From NCBI GenBank assembly GCA_045533675.1, contig JAZSIF010000001.1:18980-82979 (forward strand): DNA of 64,000 nt, read 5' to 3'. The notes under the pieces were generated by a model. That model had not been told where the DNA came from and did no database searches. It saw only the letters and a program-made list of their open reading frames with translations. This stretch comes from Eubacteriales bacterium. GTDB lineage: Bacteria > Bacillota > Clostridia > Oscillospirales > CAG-272. The position numbers were made by a program, and so were the translations under genes. Shown here piece after piece: positions 35,841 to 45,792 of this stretch. Each line of letters opens with the position of its first letter. Within the stretch, counting starts at the first letter, position 1.

Positions 35841-35869
35841 ATTATAACATGTCCTTTTTCACTTGTCAA
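35841..35869 (-). promoter_or_regulatory. sigma-A promoter of the perR operon
   Basis: Minus strand TTGACA, 17-nt spacer, TATAAT. Confidence 0.65.
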
Positions 35870-35899
35870 TAGTTTTTTGAAAAATTTTTAAAAAAATTT

Positions 35900-35932
35900 T
35901 TTAAAAGAAAAGAGCCGTGAAAACACGGCTCT
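35900..35932 (-). terminator. intrinsic terminator after oadG-like gene
   Basis: Minus strand AGAGCCGTG tttt CACGGCTCT followed by TTTCTTTTAA. Confidence 0.7.
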
Positions 35933-35942
35933 TCTGTGGGGA

Positions 35943-36116
35943 TCATTCCCCGTCCTTTTGTTGTTTCTTTGCCTCGATTTTGCCAAAAATGGCATTCAGA
36001 GCATAGACCGACAGAATGATCACGCCGATGACAACGAAAATGCAAAGCATTCCCTTCCACATATACTGGAGAGATTCAAAGAAACGGTTCATATCAATAT
36101 TCGAAAACAGGTTCAT
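35943..36116 (-). CDS. OadG-like small membrane subunit of a Na+-translocating decarboxylase
   Basis: Below the track cutoff, so translated manually: MNLFSNIDMNRFFESLQYMWKGMLCIFVVIGVIILSVYALNAIFGKIEAKKQQKDGE (57 aa). It has one TM segment and RBS GAGGAGGG. It sits 18 nt after oadB. Confidence 0.55.
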   Translation of the reverse strand: MNLFSNIDMNRFFESLQYMWKGMLCIFVVIGVIILSVYALNAIFGKIEAKKQQKDGE

Positions 36117-36134
36117 TATTACGTTCCCTCCTCA

Positions 36135-37244
36135 TTAAAGCATAAAGCTTAGGATCAATCCGCCCGCGATGACCGAGGCGATCTGTCCCGATACGTTGAC
36201 ACCGATGGAATGCATCAGAAGGAAGTTTTGAGGATCCTCTTTCAGACCCATCTTATGGACGACACGTCCCGACATGGGGAATGCCGAGATACCCGCCGCG
36301 CCGATCATGGGATTGATCTTGTTCTTCTTGGAGAAGAGGTTGATCACCTTAGCGACCAAAATTCCGCCTACCGTATCGAAGATAAAGGCAAAGAGTCCGA
36401 GTCCGAGGATGAGAAGGGTTGCGGGCTGGAGGAACTTTGCCGCCGTCATCTGGGTCGCCACGGTAATACCGAGGAAGATGGTAATCAGGTTCGCCAGAAC
36501 CTTTTGCGCCGTCTCCGAAAGAGAGTTCAACACACCGCACTCACGGATCAGGTTACCGAACATCAAAAATCCGAGAAGGTCAATGGATTCGGGAGCGACC
36601 AGTCCCGCGATCACGGTGATCACGATGGGGAACATGATTCTTGTGGTCTTGGATACGCTTTTCGGTTTATAGGGCATCCGAATCAGACGCTCCTTCTTGG
36701 TGGTCATCATCTTGATAATGGGAGGCTGAATGACGGGCACCAATGCCATATAGGAATATGCCGCCACCATAATCGCTCCCGTAATGGTAGACGCGTCACC
36801 CAGCAGCTTCTGTGCCACCACGATGGCGGTAGGACCGTCTGCCGCGCCGATGATACCGATGGATGCCGCCTCGGGCAGAGTAAAGAAGATGGATGCCAGG
36901 CTAAAGGTAAAGAAGATACCGAACTGCGCCGCCGCGCCGAAGATCATCAGCTTGGGGTTCGACAGAATCGGTCCGAAGTCGATCATCGCGCCGATACCGA
37001 TGAAGAGGATCAAGGGGAACAGCTCGTTTTTGATTCCCGCGTCAAACAGCGTCGACAGCGCTCCGTCGTACACGGCGGGAATGTTGACAATGATCGCTCC
37101 CAAGCCCATGGGCAGAAGCAGTGTGGGTTCCATGTCCTTTTTGATGGCAAGGAAGATCAATAAGCCGCCAATCAGCCACATGACCACTCTCTGCCAGCCG
37201 CCGTCCGAGAACAGATCAAGGACACCCTCGTAAAGAATTTCCAT
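36135..37244 (-). CDS. oadB: sodium ion-translocating decarboxylase beta subunit
   Basis: 369 aa, polytopic, with PLILFIGIGAMIDFGP, GIIGAADGPTAI and GAAGISAFPMSGR. Confidence 0.88.
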   Translation of the reverse strand: MEILYEGVLDLFSDGGWQRVVMWLIGGLLIFLAIKKDMEPTLLLPMGLGAIIVNIPAVYDGALSTLFDAGIKNELFPLILFIGIGAMIDFGPILSNPKLMIFGAAAQFGIFFTFSLASIFFTLPEAASIGIIGAADGPTAIVVAQKLLGDASTITGAIMVAAYSYMALVPVIQPPIIKMMTTKKERLIRMPYKPKSVSKTTRIMFPIVITVIAGLVAPESIDLLGFLMFGNLIRECGVLNSLSETAQKVLANLITIFLGITVATQMTAAKFLQPATLLILGLGLFAFIFDTVGGILVAKVINLFSKKNKINPMIGAAGISAFPMSGRVVHKMGLKEDPQNFLLMHSIGVNVSGQIASVIAGGLILSFML

Positions 37245-37279
37245 TTGTTTTTCCTTTCTCTATATAATTCTTATTTGGT

Positions 37280-38431
37280 TCACATCACAAATTGCATCGT
37301 GCAAAACGCGGCATAGACACAAAGAAGCAGAATGCCCTGAACGCGGGAAAGCTTGCCGCGAATGAGAGCGGGGACGGTCAAAAGAAGCATGACGCCCAGC
37401 ATCACGGGAATATCCAGCACCAAGGATGCGGCAATGCCGCCGACGGTGGCTTCCGCGGGAACAAGGAAGGGAGAAATCGTGGTTGCGACACCGCTGACCA
37501 ATACCAGGTTGAAAAGGTTCGCTCCGATGATATTTCCGAGAGACAGCGCTCCGTGTCCCTTGGCAAGAGCCGTAATCGCCGTCACGAGCTCGGGCAGAGA
37601 CGTGCCAAGTGCCACAAAGGTCAGTCCGATCACCGTATCGGGAACTCCCATCGTTTCCGCAATATAGGTACCGCTATCCACCAGAAGATTGGCGCCGCCC
37701 GCAATGACCGCCGCGCCGACGATCAGGAACAGGACCTCACGTAGCATGGTAATTCCCTTGCCTGCCTGATTGCGAATCAGTGCCACTACGGCATACACAA
37801 GGAAGAGTACCATCATAACCACGCCGATATAGCGCATCATTCCGCCCTTGTAGATCATAAAGCCGCCGCCCACAAAGGCAACCAGCGCCTCGATCACAAG
37901 GCCTTTAATAGAAAGGAAAAATTCCTCCGTCTCCTCCTGCGTCTCACACTCGGAAAGTGCCTCCATCTCTGTACCGCTTCCCTTCTTCATGGAAAGCATG
38001 GTGCAGACCATGTAAACGAAGAAGCCGCAAAGCAGAACGATGCCCACCCAACGGGTGAATTCGCCCATCAGATATGCCACCAGAACGTAGAATACCGCCG
38101 CGCCGAAGAAGAAGGACACGGGCAGGATCAGCGCCTTACGGTCCGCTTTGCCCGGCTTGATGGCAATGGTCAGTGCCGCGATCAGTGAGGTGTTACAGAT
38201 AATCGAGCCTACGGCATTGCCGTATGCCATACCGCCCGAGCCTGCCATGGCACCCTGCGCGGACACCATCACCTCGGGCAGCGTCGTTCCGATAGACACC
38301 ACCGTGGCGCCGATCAGAAGCTCAGGCAGACGAAAACGACGGGCAATTCCCGACGCGCTGTCCACAAACCAGTCGCCTCCCTTGATCAACATCAATAGTC
38401 CGATCACAAACAAGAGGATTTGAAGTAACAT
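37280..38431 (-). CDS. CaCA-family cation/Na+ antiporter (YrbG-like)
   Basis: Two alpha-repeats, GTTLPEVMVS and GTSLPELVTA. The start is at MLLQILLFVIG (AAAGGAG upstream). The track adds 21 unsupported codons. Confidence 0.88.
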   Translation of the reverse strand: MLLQILLFVIGLLMLIKGGDWFVDSASGIARRFRLPELLIGATVVSIGTTLPEVMVSAQGAMAGSGGMAYGNAVGSIICNTSLIAALTIAIKPGKADRKALILPVSFFFGAAVFYVLVAYLMGEFTRWVGIVLLCGFFVYMVCTMLSMKKGSGTEMEALSECETQEETEEFFLSIKGLVIEALVAFVGGGFMIYKGGMMRYIGVVMMVLFLVYAVVALIRNQAGKGITMLREVLFLIVGAAVIAGGANLLVDSGTYIAETMGVPDTVIGLTFVALGTSLPELVTAITALAKGHGALSLGNIIGANLFNLVLVSGVATTISPFLVPAEATVGGIAASLVLDIPVMLGVMLLLTVPALIRGKLSRVQGILLLCVYAAFCTMQFVM

Positions 38432-38481
38432 TGTTTTTCTCCTTTTTACGTTTTGTATACCTTTTATCTTTATTTTTGCAT

Positions 38482-38616
38482 AAAAAAAGCTCAATATATG
38501 GCTCTTGCGGCTTCCATATATTGAGTCTGGTTCTTTAAAGCAAGCCAGGTCTTATGACCATGCTGTTGACTTGCTACGCGCGAAACATCCGCACGCCACT
38601 ACTCCCTCAAACTTAC
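38482..38616 (-). promoter_or_regulatory. candidate yybP-ykoY (Mn2+) type riboswitch with terminator
   Basis: The leader RNA reads ..GAGGGAGUAGUGGCGUGCGGAUGUUUCGCGCGUAGCAAGUCAACAGCAUGGUCAUAAGACCUGGCUUGCU... It ends in the 12-bp terminator CUCAAUAUAUGG..CCAUAUAUUGAG plus U7. GGGAGUAG, GUCAACA and AAGACC resemble conserved yybP-ykoY blocks. Confidence 0.45.
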
Positions 38617-38622
38617 CTATTT

Positions 38623-38651
38623 ATTATATAAAGAAATTTCGCTCTTGTCAA
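38623..38651 (-). promoter_or_regulatory. sigma-A promoter of the riboswitch-CaCA-oadBG unit
   Basis: Minus strand TTGACA, 17-nt spacer, TATAAT. Confidence 0.65.
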
Positions 38652-38685
38652 GAGTTTTTTTAAAAAGATTGAATTTTCTTTCCTT

Positions 38686-38835
38686 AAAAAAGAAATCCGT
38701 CGGTGGTGCCAAAGGCGCCGACGGATTTCAGCCTTAGAAAAAATATCTTATACGGTACACAATGACCACAGCCCTGCTGAGAAAGCCAAAAACGTTTTGT
38801 TGTAAGTTTTTGCGGAGCTTTTTTCAAAAAGCGCG
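38686..38835 (+). repeat. intergenic repeat family copy C (H-M-T)
   Basis: AGAAATCCGTCGG..CCGACGGATTTC, then TTAGAAAAAATATCTTATACGGTACACAATG, then TTGTTGTAAGTTTTTGCGGAGCTTTTTTCAAAAAGCG. It lies immediately 3' of asd. Confidence 0.7.
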
Positions 38836-38858
38836 AGAAATCCTTTTCTCAGCTATCC

Positions 38859-39935
38859 TTAATTGAAGTAACCCTCTCTGTACAAAAGCTCGGCGATCAG
38901 TACAGCGCCGCCAGCGGCACCGCGGAGCGTGTTGTGAGACAGACCCACGAACTTGTAATCGTAGATCTTATCCTCACGAAGTCTGCCCACGGTTACGCCC
39001 ATGCCGCCGTAGATATCACGGTCGAGAGCAGCCTGGGGACGGTTGTCTTCCTCAAAATAGGTAATGAACTGCTCGGGGGCATTGGGAAGTCCAAGCTCCT
39101 GGGGCTTACCCTTGAATTCAGCCCATGCCTTGAGGATTTCCTCCTTCGTGGGCTTATTCTCGAATTTCACGAACACAGCGGCGGTATGACCGTCGGTCAC
39201 GGGCACGCGAATGCACTGAGTGGTGATGACGGGCGCGTCAGCCTTGACAATCTCGCCGTTCTCAACCTTACCCCAAACGCGCAGGGGCTCCTGCTCGCTC
39301 TTCTCTTCCTCGCCGCCGATGAAGGGGATCACGTTATCGATCATTTCGGGCCACTCGCGGAACGTCTTGCCCGCGCCCGAAATTGCCTGATAGGTGGTAG
39401 CCACCACTTCCTTGATGCCATACTTGCGCAGAGGCGTCAGGGCGGGTACATAGGACTGAATGGAGCAGTTGGGCTTGACGGCAATGAATCCGCGCTTGGT
39501 TCCGAGACGCTTTCTCTGTGCCTCGATGACTGCCAGATGCTCGTCGTTGATCTCGGGAATCACCATGGGAACATCAGGCGTCCAACGGTTTGCGGAGTTA
39601 TTGGAGACCACGGGAATCTCTGCCTTGGCATATGCCTCCTCCAGCGCCTTAATCTCATCCTTTTTCATATCCACGGCACAGAACACAAACTGACAGAGCT
39701 TGCCCATCTCGTCGATCCTTGCCGCATCCAGCACGGGCATCTTCTTATATTTCTCGGGCATGGGAGTCTTCATCTTCCAACGAGCGCCCACTGCCTCCTC
39801 ATAGGTCTTTCCCGCGGAGCGAGCCGAAGCCGCCAGCGCCGCTACCTCAAAATAGGGGTGATTCTCCAGCAGGGTCAGGAATCTCTGTCCTACCATACCC
39901 GTGGCGCCAACCACGCCAACCTTCATCTTTTCCAT
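38859..39935 (-). CDS. asd: aspartate-semialdehyde dehydrogenase
   Basis: MKVGVVGATGMVGQRF..., with the active-site region KPNCSIQS. Confidence 0.92.
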   Translation of the reverse strand: MEKMKVGVVGATGMVGQRFLTLLENHPYFEVAALAASARSAGKTYEEAVGARWKMKTPMPEKYKKMPVLDAARIDEMGKLCQFVFCAVDMKKDEIKALEEAYAKAEIPVVSNNSANRWTPDVPMVIPEINDEHLAVIEAQRKRLGTKRGFIAVKPNCSIQSYVPALTPLRKYGIKEVVATTYQAISGAGKTFREWPEMIDNVIPFIGGEEEKSEQEPLRVWGKVENGEIVKADAPVITTQCIRVPVTDGHTAAVFVKFENKPTKEEILKAWAEFKGKPQELGLPNAPEQFITYFEEDNRPQAALDRDIYGGMGVTVGRLREDKIYDYKFVGLSHNTLRGAAGGAVLIAELLYREGYFN

Positions 39936-39977
39936 GGTCGATCTCCTTTTTCCATATGAAATAAAACACTTGTCAAT

Positions 39978-40006
39978 ATGATATCATATTCTTCTGAAAA
40001 AATCAA
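39978..40006 (-). promoter_or_regulatory. promoter of asd, overlapping a 16-bp perfect palindrome
   Basis: Minus strand TTGATT, 17-nt spacer ending TGa, TATCAT. The palindrome AATATGATATCATATT spans 39975-39990. Confidence 0.5.
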
Positions 40007-40074
40007 GAATTTTTCTTTGTGAAAATGTAGAATGTTGCCGATTTCTCGGATGTCCTTTTGTATACCTGTGATAA

Positions 40075-40938
40075 TTATGGTCCAATGAGCTGTCCGTAAA
40101 GCTCATTGCGGGAAACCCCCAACGCCTTTGCCGCCGCCTTAATGGCCTCGTTTCGACTCATGCCCTCCGCCTGAAAACGCGCCACCGCCTCGGCGGGAGT
40201 CATGGTGCCCACACCTTCGGCTGACCCTTTTTTAGAAGTACCTCCCTCTACCACCAGCACGTATTCCCCGCGGGGCTCCTTTTCCTCATAATATGCCACC
40301 GCTTCAGAAAGGGTCATGCGAAGCACCTCCTCGTTGAGCTTGGTCAGCTCACGGCAAAGCGCGATCCGTCGATCCCCTCCCAAGGTCTTTTCCAGATCCG
40401 AGAGCGTGGTACGGAGCTTATGAGGAGCCTCATGAAGCAAAAAAGTTCTCGTCTCCTCCGCGAGAAGCGCAAGCCGTTCTCTTCTCTCCTTCTTCGGAAC
40501 GGGCAAAAAGCCCTCAAAGGAAAAGCGAGCCGTGGGCAGTCCCGAAAGAGTCAGTGCCACCACCATGGCGCAGGCGCCGGGAAGCGAGGTCACGGGGATC
40601 CCCTTTTCCACGCACAGCGCCACCAGATCCTCCCCCGGGTCGGAAATGGCGGGGGTACCCGCGTCGGTCACAAGGGCGCAGGATTCTCCGTCCAGCAGCC
40701 GCTTTGCAATGTCCTCCCCTCTTTCGCGGCGGTTGTGCTCATGGTAGGACACCATGGGCTTAGATATTCCGAAGTGGGTGAGAAGCCGCATGGAATTTCT
40801 CGTATCCTCCGCCGCAATGAAATCTACCTCCCGAAGAGTCTTGAGGGCTCGCTCGGAAAGATCGGACAGGTTTCCGATGGGAGTGGCGACCAAATATAGC
40901 GTACCACCCTTGATCTGATTTTTTTCGTGTTCGGTCAT
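40075..40938 (-). CDS. rsmI: 16S rRNA 2'-O-methyltransferase (C1402) RsmI
   Basis: GTLYLVATPIGNLSDLSERALKTLREVDFIAAEDTR. Confidence 0.92.
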   Translation of the reverse strand: MTEHEKNQIKGGTLYLVATPIGNLSDLSERALKTLREVDFIAAEDTRNSMRLLTHFGISKPMVSYHEHNRRERGEDIAKRLLDGESCALVTDAGTPAISDPGEDLVALCVEKGIPVTSLPGACAMVVALTLSGLPTARFSFEGFLPVPKKERRERLALLAEETRTFLLHEAPHKLRTTLSDLEKTLGGDRRIALCRELTKLNEEVLRMTLSEAVAYYEEKEPRGEYVLVVEGGTSKKGSAEGVGTMTPAEAVARFQAEGMSRNEAIKAAAKALGVSRNELYGQLIGP

Positions 40939-41015
40939 GGTCTTCTCCTATCGTCACGGCATTCCCTCTCCCCGCATATACTGAACCGCGAAGAAACAAT
41001 GGAAAGGAACCGCTT

Positions 41016-41579
41016 ATGGCAATTAAAATTTATATTGATCAGGGGCATAACCCCTACAATCCCAACGCGGGCGCGGAAGGAAACGGTCTGCGTGAGCAGG
41101 ATCTTGTGTACGAGATCGGCGTGCGTCTCGCCGCTCTGCTCCGTGCCAACGACAATTTTGAGGTCCGTCTCTCCCGTCCCACTGAGGATGTCGTCATCGG
41201 CTCATCCAATGCCGAGAGTCTTCGGCTTCGGGTAAACGACGCCAACTCCTGGGGAGCGGATTATTTCATCAGCTTGCACACCAACGCCTCCTCGAATCCC
41301 TCGGCTACGGGCACGGAAGCCTTTGCCTATTCCCGTCCCTCCGCCGCTTTTTCTCTCGGCGAGGATATTCTCAGGGAGCTGAGTCAAGCCACAGGTCTCC
41401 GCAATCGCGGCATGCAGGTGCGCACGGGGCTTTACGTTCTTCGGCGTACCGCCATGCCCGCCGTTCTCGTGGAGCTTGGATTTATCACCAATCCCGAGGA
41501 CGCGCGGCTGATGCTGGAGGAGCCTCAGCTCTTCGCGCAGGGAATTTATCAGGGCATTCTTGATTATACGGGAGTATAG
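41016..41579 (+). CDS. N-acetylmuramoyl-L-alanine amidase (Amidase_3), no signal peptide
   Basis: IYIDQGHN..., ADYFISLHTNA and PAVLVELGFITNPEDA. Confidence 0.85.
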   Translation: MAIKIYIDQGHNPYNPNAGAEGNGLREQDLVYEIGVRLAALLRANDNFEVRLSRPTEDVVIGSSNAESLRLRVNDANSWGADYFISLHTNASSNPSATGTEAFAYSRPSAAFSLGEDILRELSQATGLRNRGMQVRTGLYVLRRTAMPAVLVELGFITNPEDARLMLEEPQLFAQGIYQGILDYTGV

Positions 41580-41581
41580 GC

Positions 41582-43654
<2,073 letters not shown>

Positions 43655-43857
43655 TCAACAGATATATTATACCACATCTTCCCGTTTTTCGCAAGTTATT
43701 TCGGGATTTATTTTTATAAATCACAACCGAATCCAAGCAGTGACCGCCGTTCCCGACGGTCCGAAGAAACGAGTCGCCGCTCCGCTCGCATTTCTTTCCC
43801 CATCCCCGCATGATTTCTCTCCCTCGCTCATAAGCATAGACCAAGAGGATTTGGGAG

Positions 43858-44856
43858 GTGGCGGTCGTGCGGGCTTTATTTACTCTACTTACCTTTCTTT
43901 TGGTTTTGGTAAACGGATGGACCGATGCCCCAAACGCCATTGCGTGCTGTGTAGGCACTCGATCGCTGTCCCCCTCCCGTGCCGTCATGCTGGCTGCCAT
44001 CTCCAATTTCGCGGGGGCGACTCTGATGGCACTTTTGCACACGGGCGTTGCCGAAACCCTCTTTGGACTTGCGGATTTCGGTGAGAATCCCGACTTGGCG
44101 CTTCGGGGCCTCTGCGCCGCCCTTTTGGTGGTGGTGCTTTGGGGAACGGTCGCCTGGATGTTCGGACTTCCCACCAGTGAGAGCCATGCGCTGATCTCCG
44201 CTATGACGGGTGCCTCGTTGGCGCTTTGCGGGGATGCCTCCGTCATACAAGGAGAGGAATGGAGCAAGGTTCTTTGGGGACTCCTTCTCACCACCGTTCC
44301 CGCCTGTCTTTTGGGCTTTCTCCTCAACCGCCTGCTTCAAGGGTTGCTGCGGAACGCAGAACGGAGGCGCGCCACGACCTATTTTACCCGTGCCCAAAGA
44401 TTCTCCGCGGCAGGCAACGCGTTTCTGCACGGAGCGCAGGATTCCCAAAAATTTATGGGGGTGTATCTTCTCGGTCTCTCTCTCTTTCGCGGCAACGGCT
44501 CCTTTGAGGGGCAGATCCCACTTTCATTGGCATTGGCTGTATCTGCCGTCATGAGCTTGGGGACTCTTTTAGGCGGCTCGCGGATCATCAAAAAGATCGG
44601 ATGCGATCTGGTAGAGATGGATGCGGTCAGCGGATCGGTGGCAGATGCCGCCTCGGCGGCATCTCTGTTGCTCTGCTCTCTTTTGGGCATCCCCGCAAGC
44701 ACCACCCATTCCAAGTCCTCTGCCATGATCGGAACGGGACTCTGTCGAAAAGGAAGGGTGGACCCGTCCATTGCGGGACAGCTGTTGGGAGCTTGGGGGC
44801 TAACCTTTCCCGCCTGCGGCGTCCTCGGTTTTTTATTGACCCGAATAATCCTATGA
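43858..44856 (+). CDS. inorganic phosphate transporter, PiT family
   Basis: NGWTDAPNAIA near the N-terminus and STTHSKSSAMIG near the C-terminus. GTG start. Confidence 0.85.
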   Translation: MAVVRALFTLLTFLLVLVNGWTDAPNAIACCVGTRSLSPSRAVMLAAISNFAGATLMALLHTGVAETLFGLADFGENPDLALRGLCAALLVVVLWGTVAWMFGLPTSESHALISAMTGASLALCGDASVIQGEEWSKVLWGLLLTTVPACLLGFLLNRLLQGLLRNAERRRATTYFTRAQRFSAAGNAFLHGAQDSQKFMGVYLLGLSLFRGNGSFEGQIPLSLALAVSAVMSLGTLLGGSRIIKKIGCDLVEMDAVSGSVADAASAASLLLCSLLGIPASTTHSKSSAMIGTGLCRKGRVDPSIAGQLLGAWGLTFPACGVLGFLLTRIIL

Positions 44857-44895
44857 CCCGTCCAATCATCGAATGAATCGAAAGAGAGGAAACGC

Positions 44896-45456
44896 ATGTC
44901 AAAATACGATTACTTTGGTGCCTTAGAATCCCTTTCCGAGCTGTCGGCAAGGGCAGTGGAGGCGGCTTGCTCCTACCCCCGTCGAAAAGCGACCGATCCG
45001 CCCTCCGCCCTGCGGCGTGCCTGTGACCGAACGGTGTGTGAGCTGGAGGATACCCTCTTTTCGGATTTCCTCCCTCCTATGGAGCGGGAGACCCTCGCCG
45101 CCTGCGCCCATTGCCTTTCTCACGTGGTAAACGAGGCGACCGAGCTGCTCGCCGCCACGCCCCAAGACTCCCGCAAAAATGAGGAGGGCCTTGTTTGTAT
45201 TCGTTTGGCGGCACTGCTTCGGGACACCGTAAGAATGCTCCAAAAAATTTCAAAGCCCAACGTGCTCCCCCGTACCCAAGCCTTTCGGGAACTGCTCACC
45301 GAGGCTCGGGAAGCCCACGAGCATATGCTCGCCTGTCTGCGCGCGGGCGCTCTTCCCCGCTCCATGGCAACCGCCATCATTCAAACGGGACGTCTCCGCA
45401 ATACCCTCTCCGAAGCCTTTGACTGTGTGGTCGAGGTGATGTTGGAAAATATTTGA
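44896..45456 (+). CDS. DUF47/PhoU-like helical protein paired with PiT
   Basis: 186 aa, all-helical, adjacent to PiT. The assignment rests on context and weak pattern only. Confidence 0.55.
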   Translation: MSKYDYFGALESLSELSARAVEAACSYPRRKATDPPSALRRACDRTVCELEDTLFSDFLPPMERETLAACAHCLSHVVNEATELLAATPQDSRKNEEGLVCIRLAALLRDTVRMLQKISKPNVLPRTQAFRELLTEAREAHEHMLACLRAGALPRSMATAIIQTGRLRNTLSEAFDCVVEVMLENI

Positions 45457-45483
45457 TAATAGTTAGTTAAGAGGGGGTTTTTG

Positions 45484-45627
45484 GGTCGCTTTTGAAAAAG
45501 CTCCGCAAAACTTTCATACAATGTTTTTCTTATATCACCTTTCTTGATTTGGTGTACCATGAAATTTTAACTTCTTTCTCTAAGGTAGAAACCAGACGGA
45601 CGGCTGCTGCGCCACCGCCTGGTTTCT
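45484..45627 (-). repeat. intergenic repeat family copy D-left (T-M-H, inverted)
   Basis: GGGTCGCTTTTGAAAAAGCTCCGCAAAACTTTCATACAA...GGTGTACCATGAAATTTTAACTTCTTTCTCTAAGGTAGAAACCAGACGG..CCGCCTGGTTTCT. Confidence 0.75.
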
Positions 45628-45642
45628 TAATTTTTAATAAAA

Positions 45643-45792
45643 AGAAATCCGTCGGGACGCAGCAGGGTCCGACGGATTTCTACATTAGAGAAAAAATATT
45701 CAGTTATACAGCACACAATGCGTAGAACGTGATGTAAAATAACCTATAATTTGTATGAAAGTTTTTGCGGAGCTTTTTTCAAAAAGCGACCC
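45643..45792 (+). repeat. intergenic repeat family copy D-right (H-M-T)
   Basis: AGAAATCCGTCGG..CCGACGGATTTCT ACATTAGAGAAAAAATATTCAGTTATACAGCACACAATG...TTGTATGAAAGTTTTTGCGGAGCTTTTTTCAAAAAGCGACCC. Its tail is the reverse complement of the D-left head, apart from three homopolymer-length differences. Confidence 0.75.

Noticed and set aside
43730-43800. GACCGCCGTTCCCGACGGTC and CCCCATCCCCGCATG upstream of the PiT gene, resembling the H hairpin and the octamers of the repeat family.
   Set aside because: The matches are limited to CCGACGG and CCCCGCAT. No M or T module is present and the order is wrong. This is probably chance similarity in GC-rich sequence.
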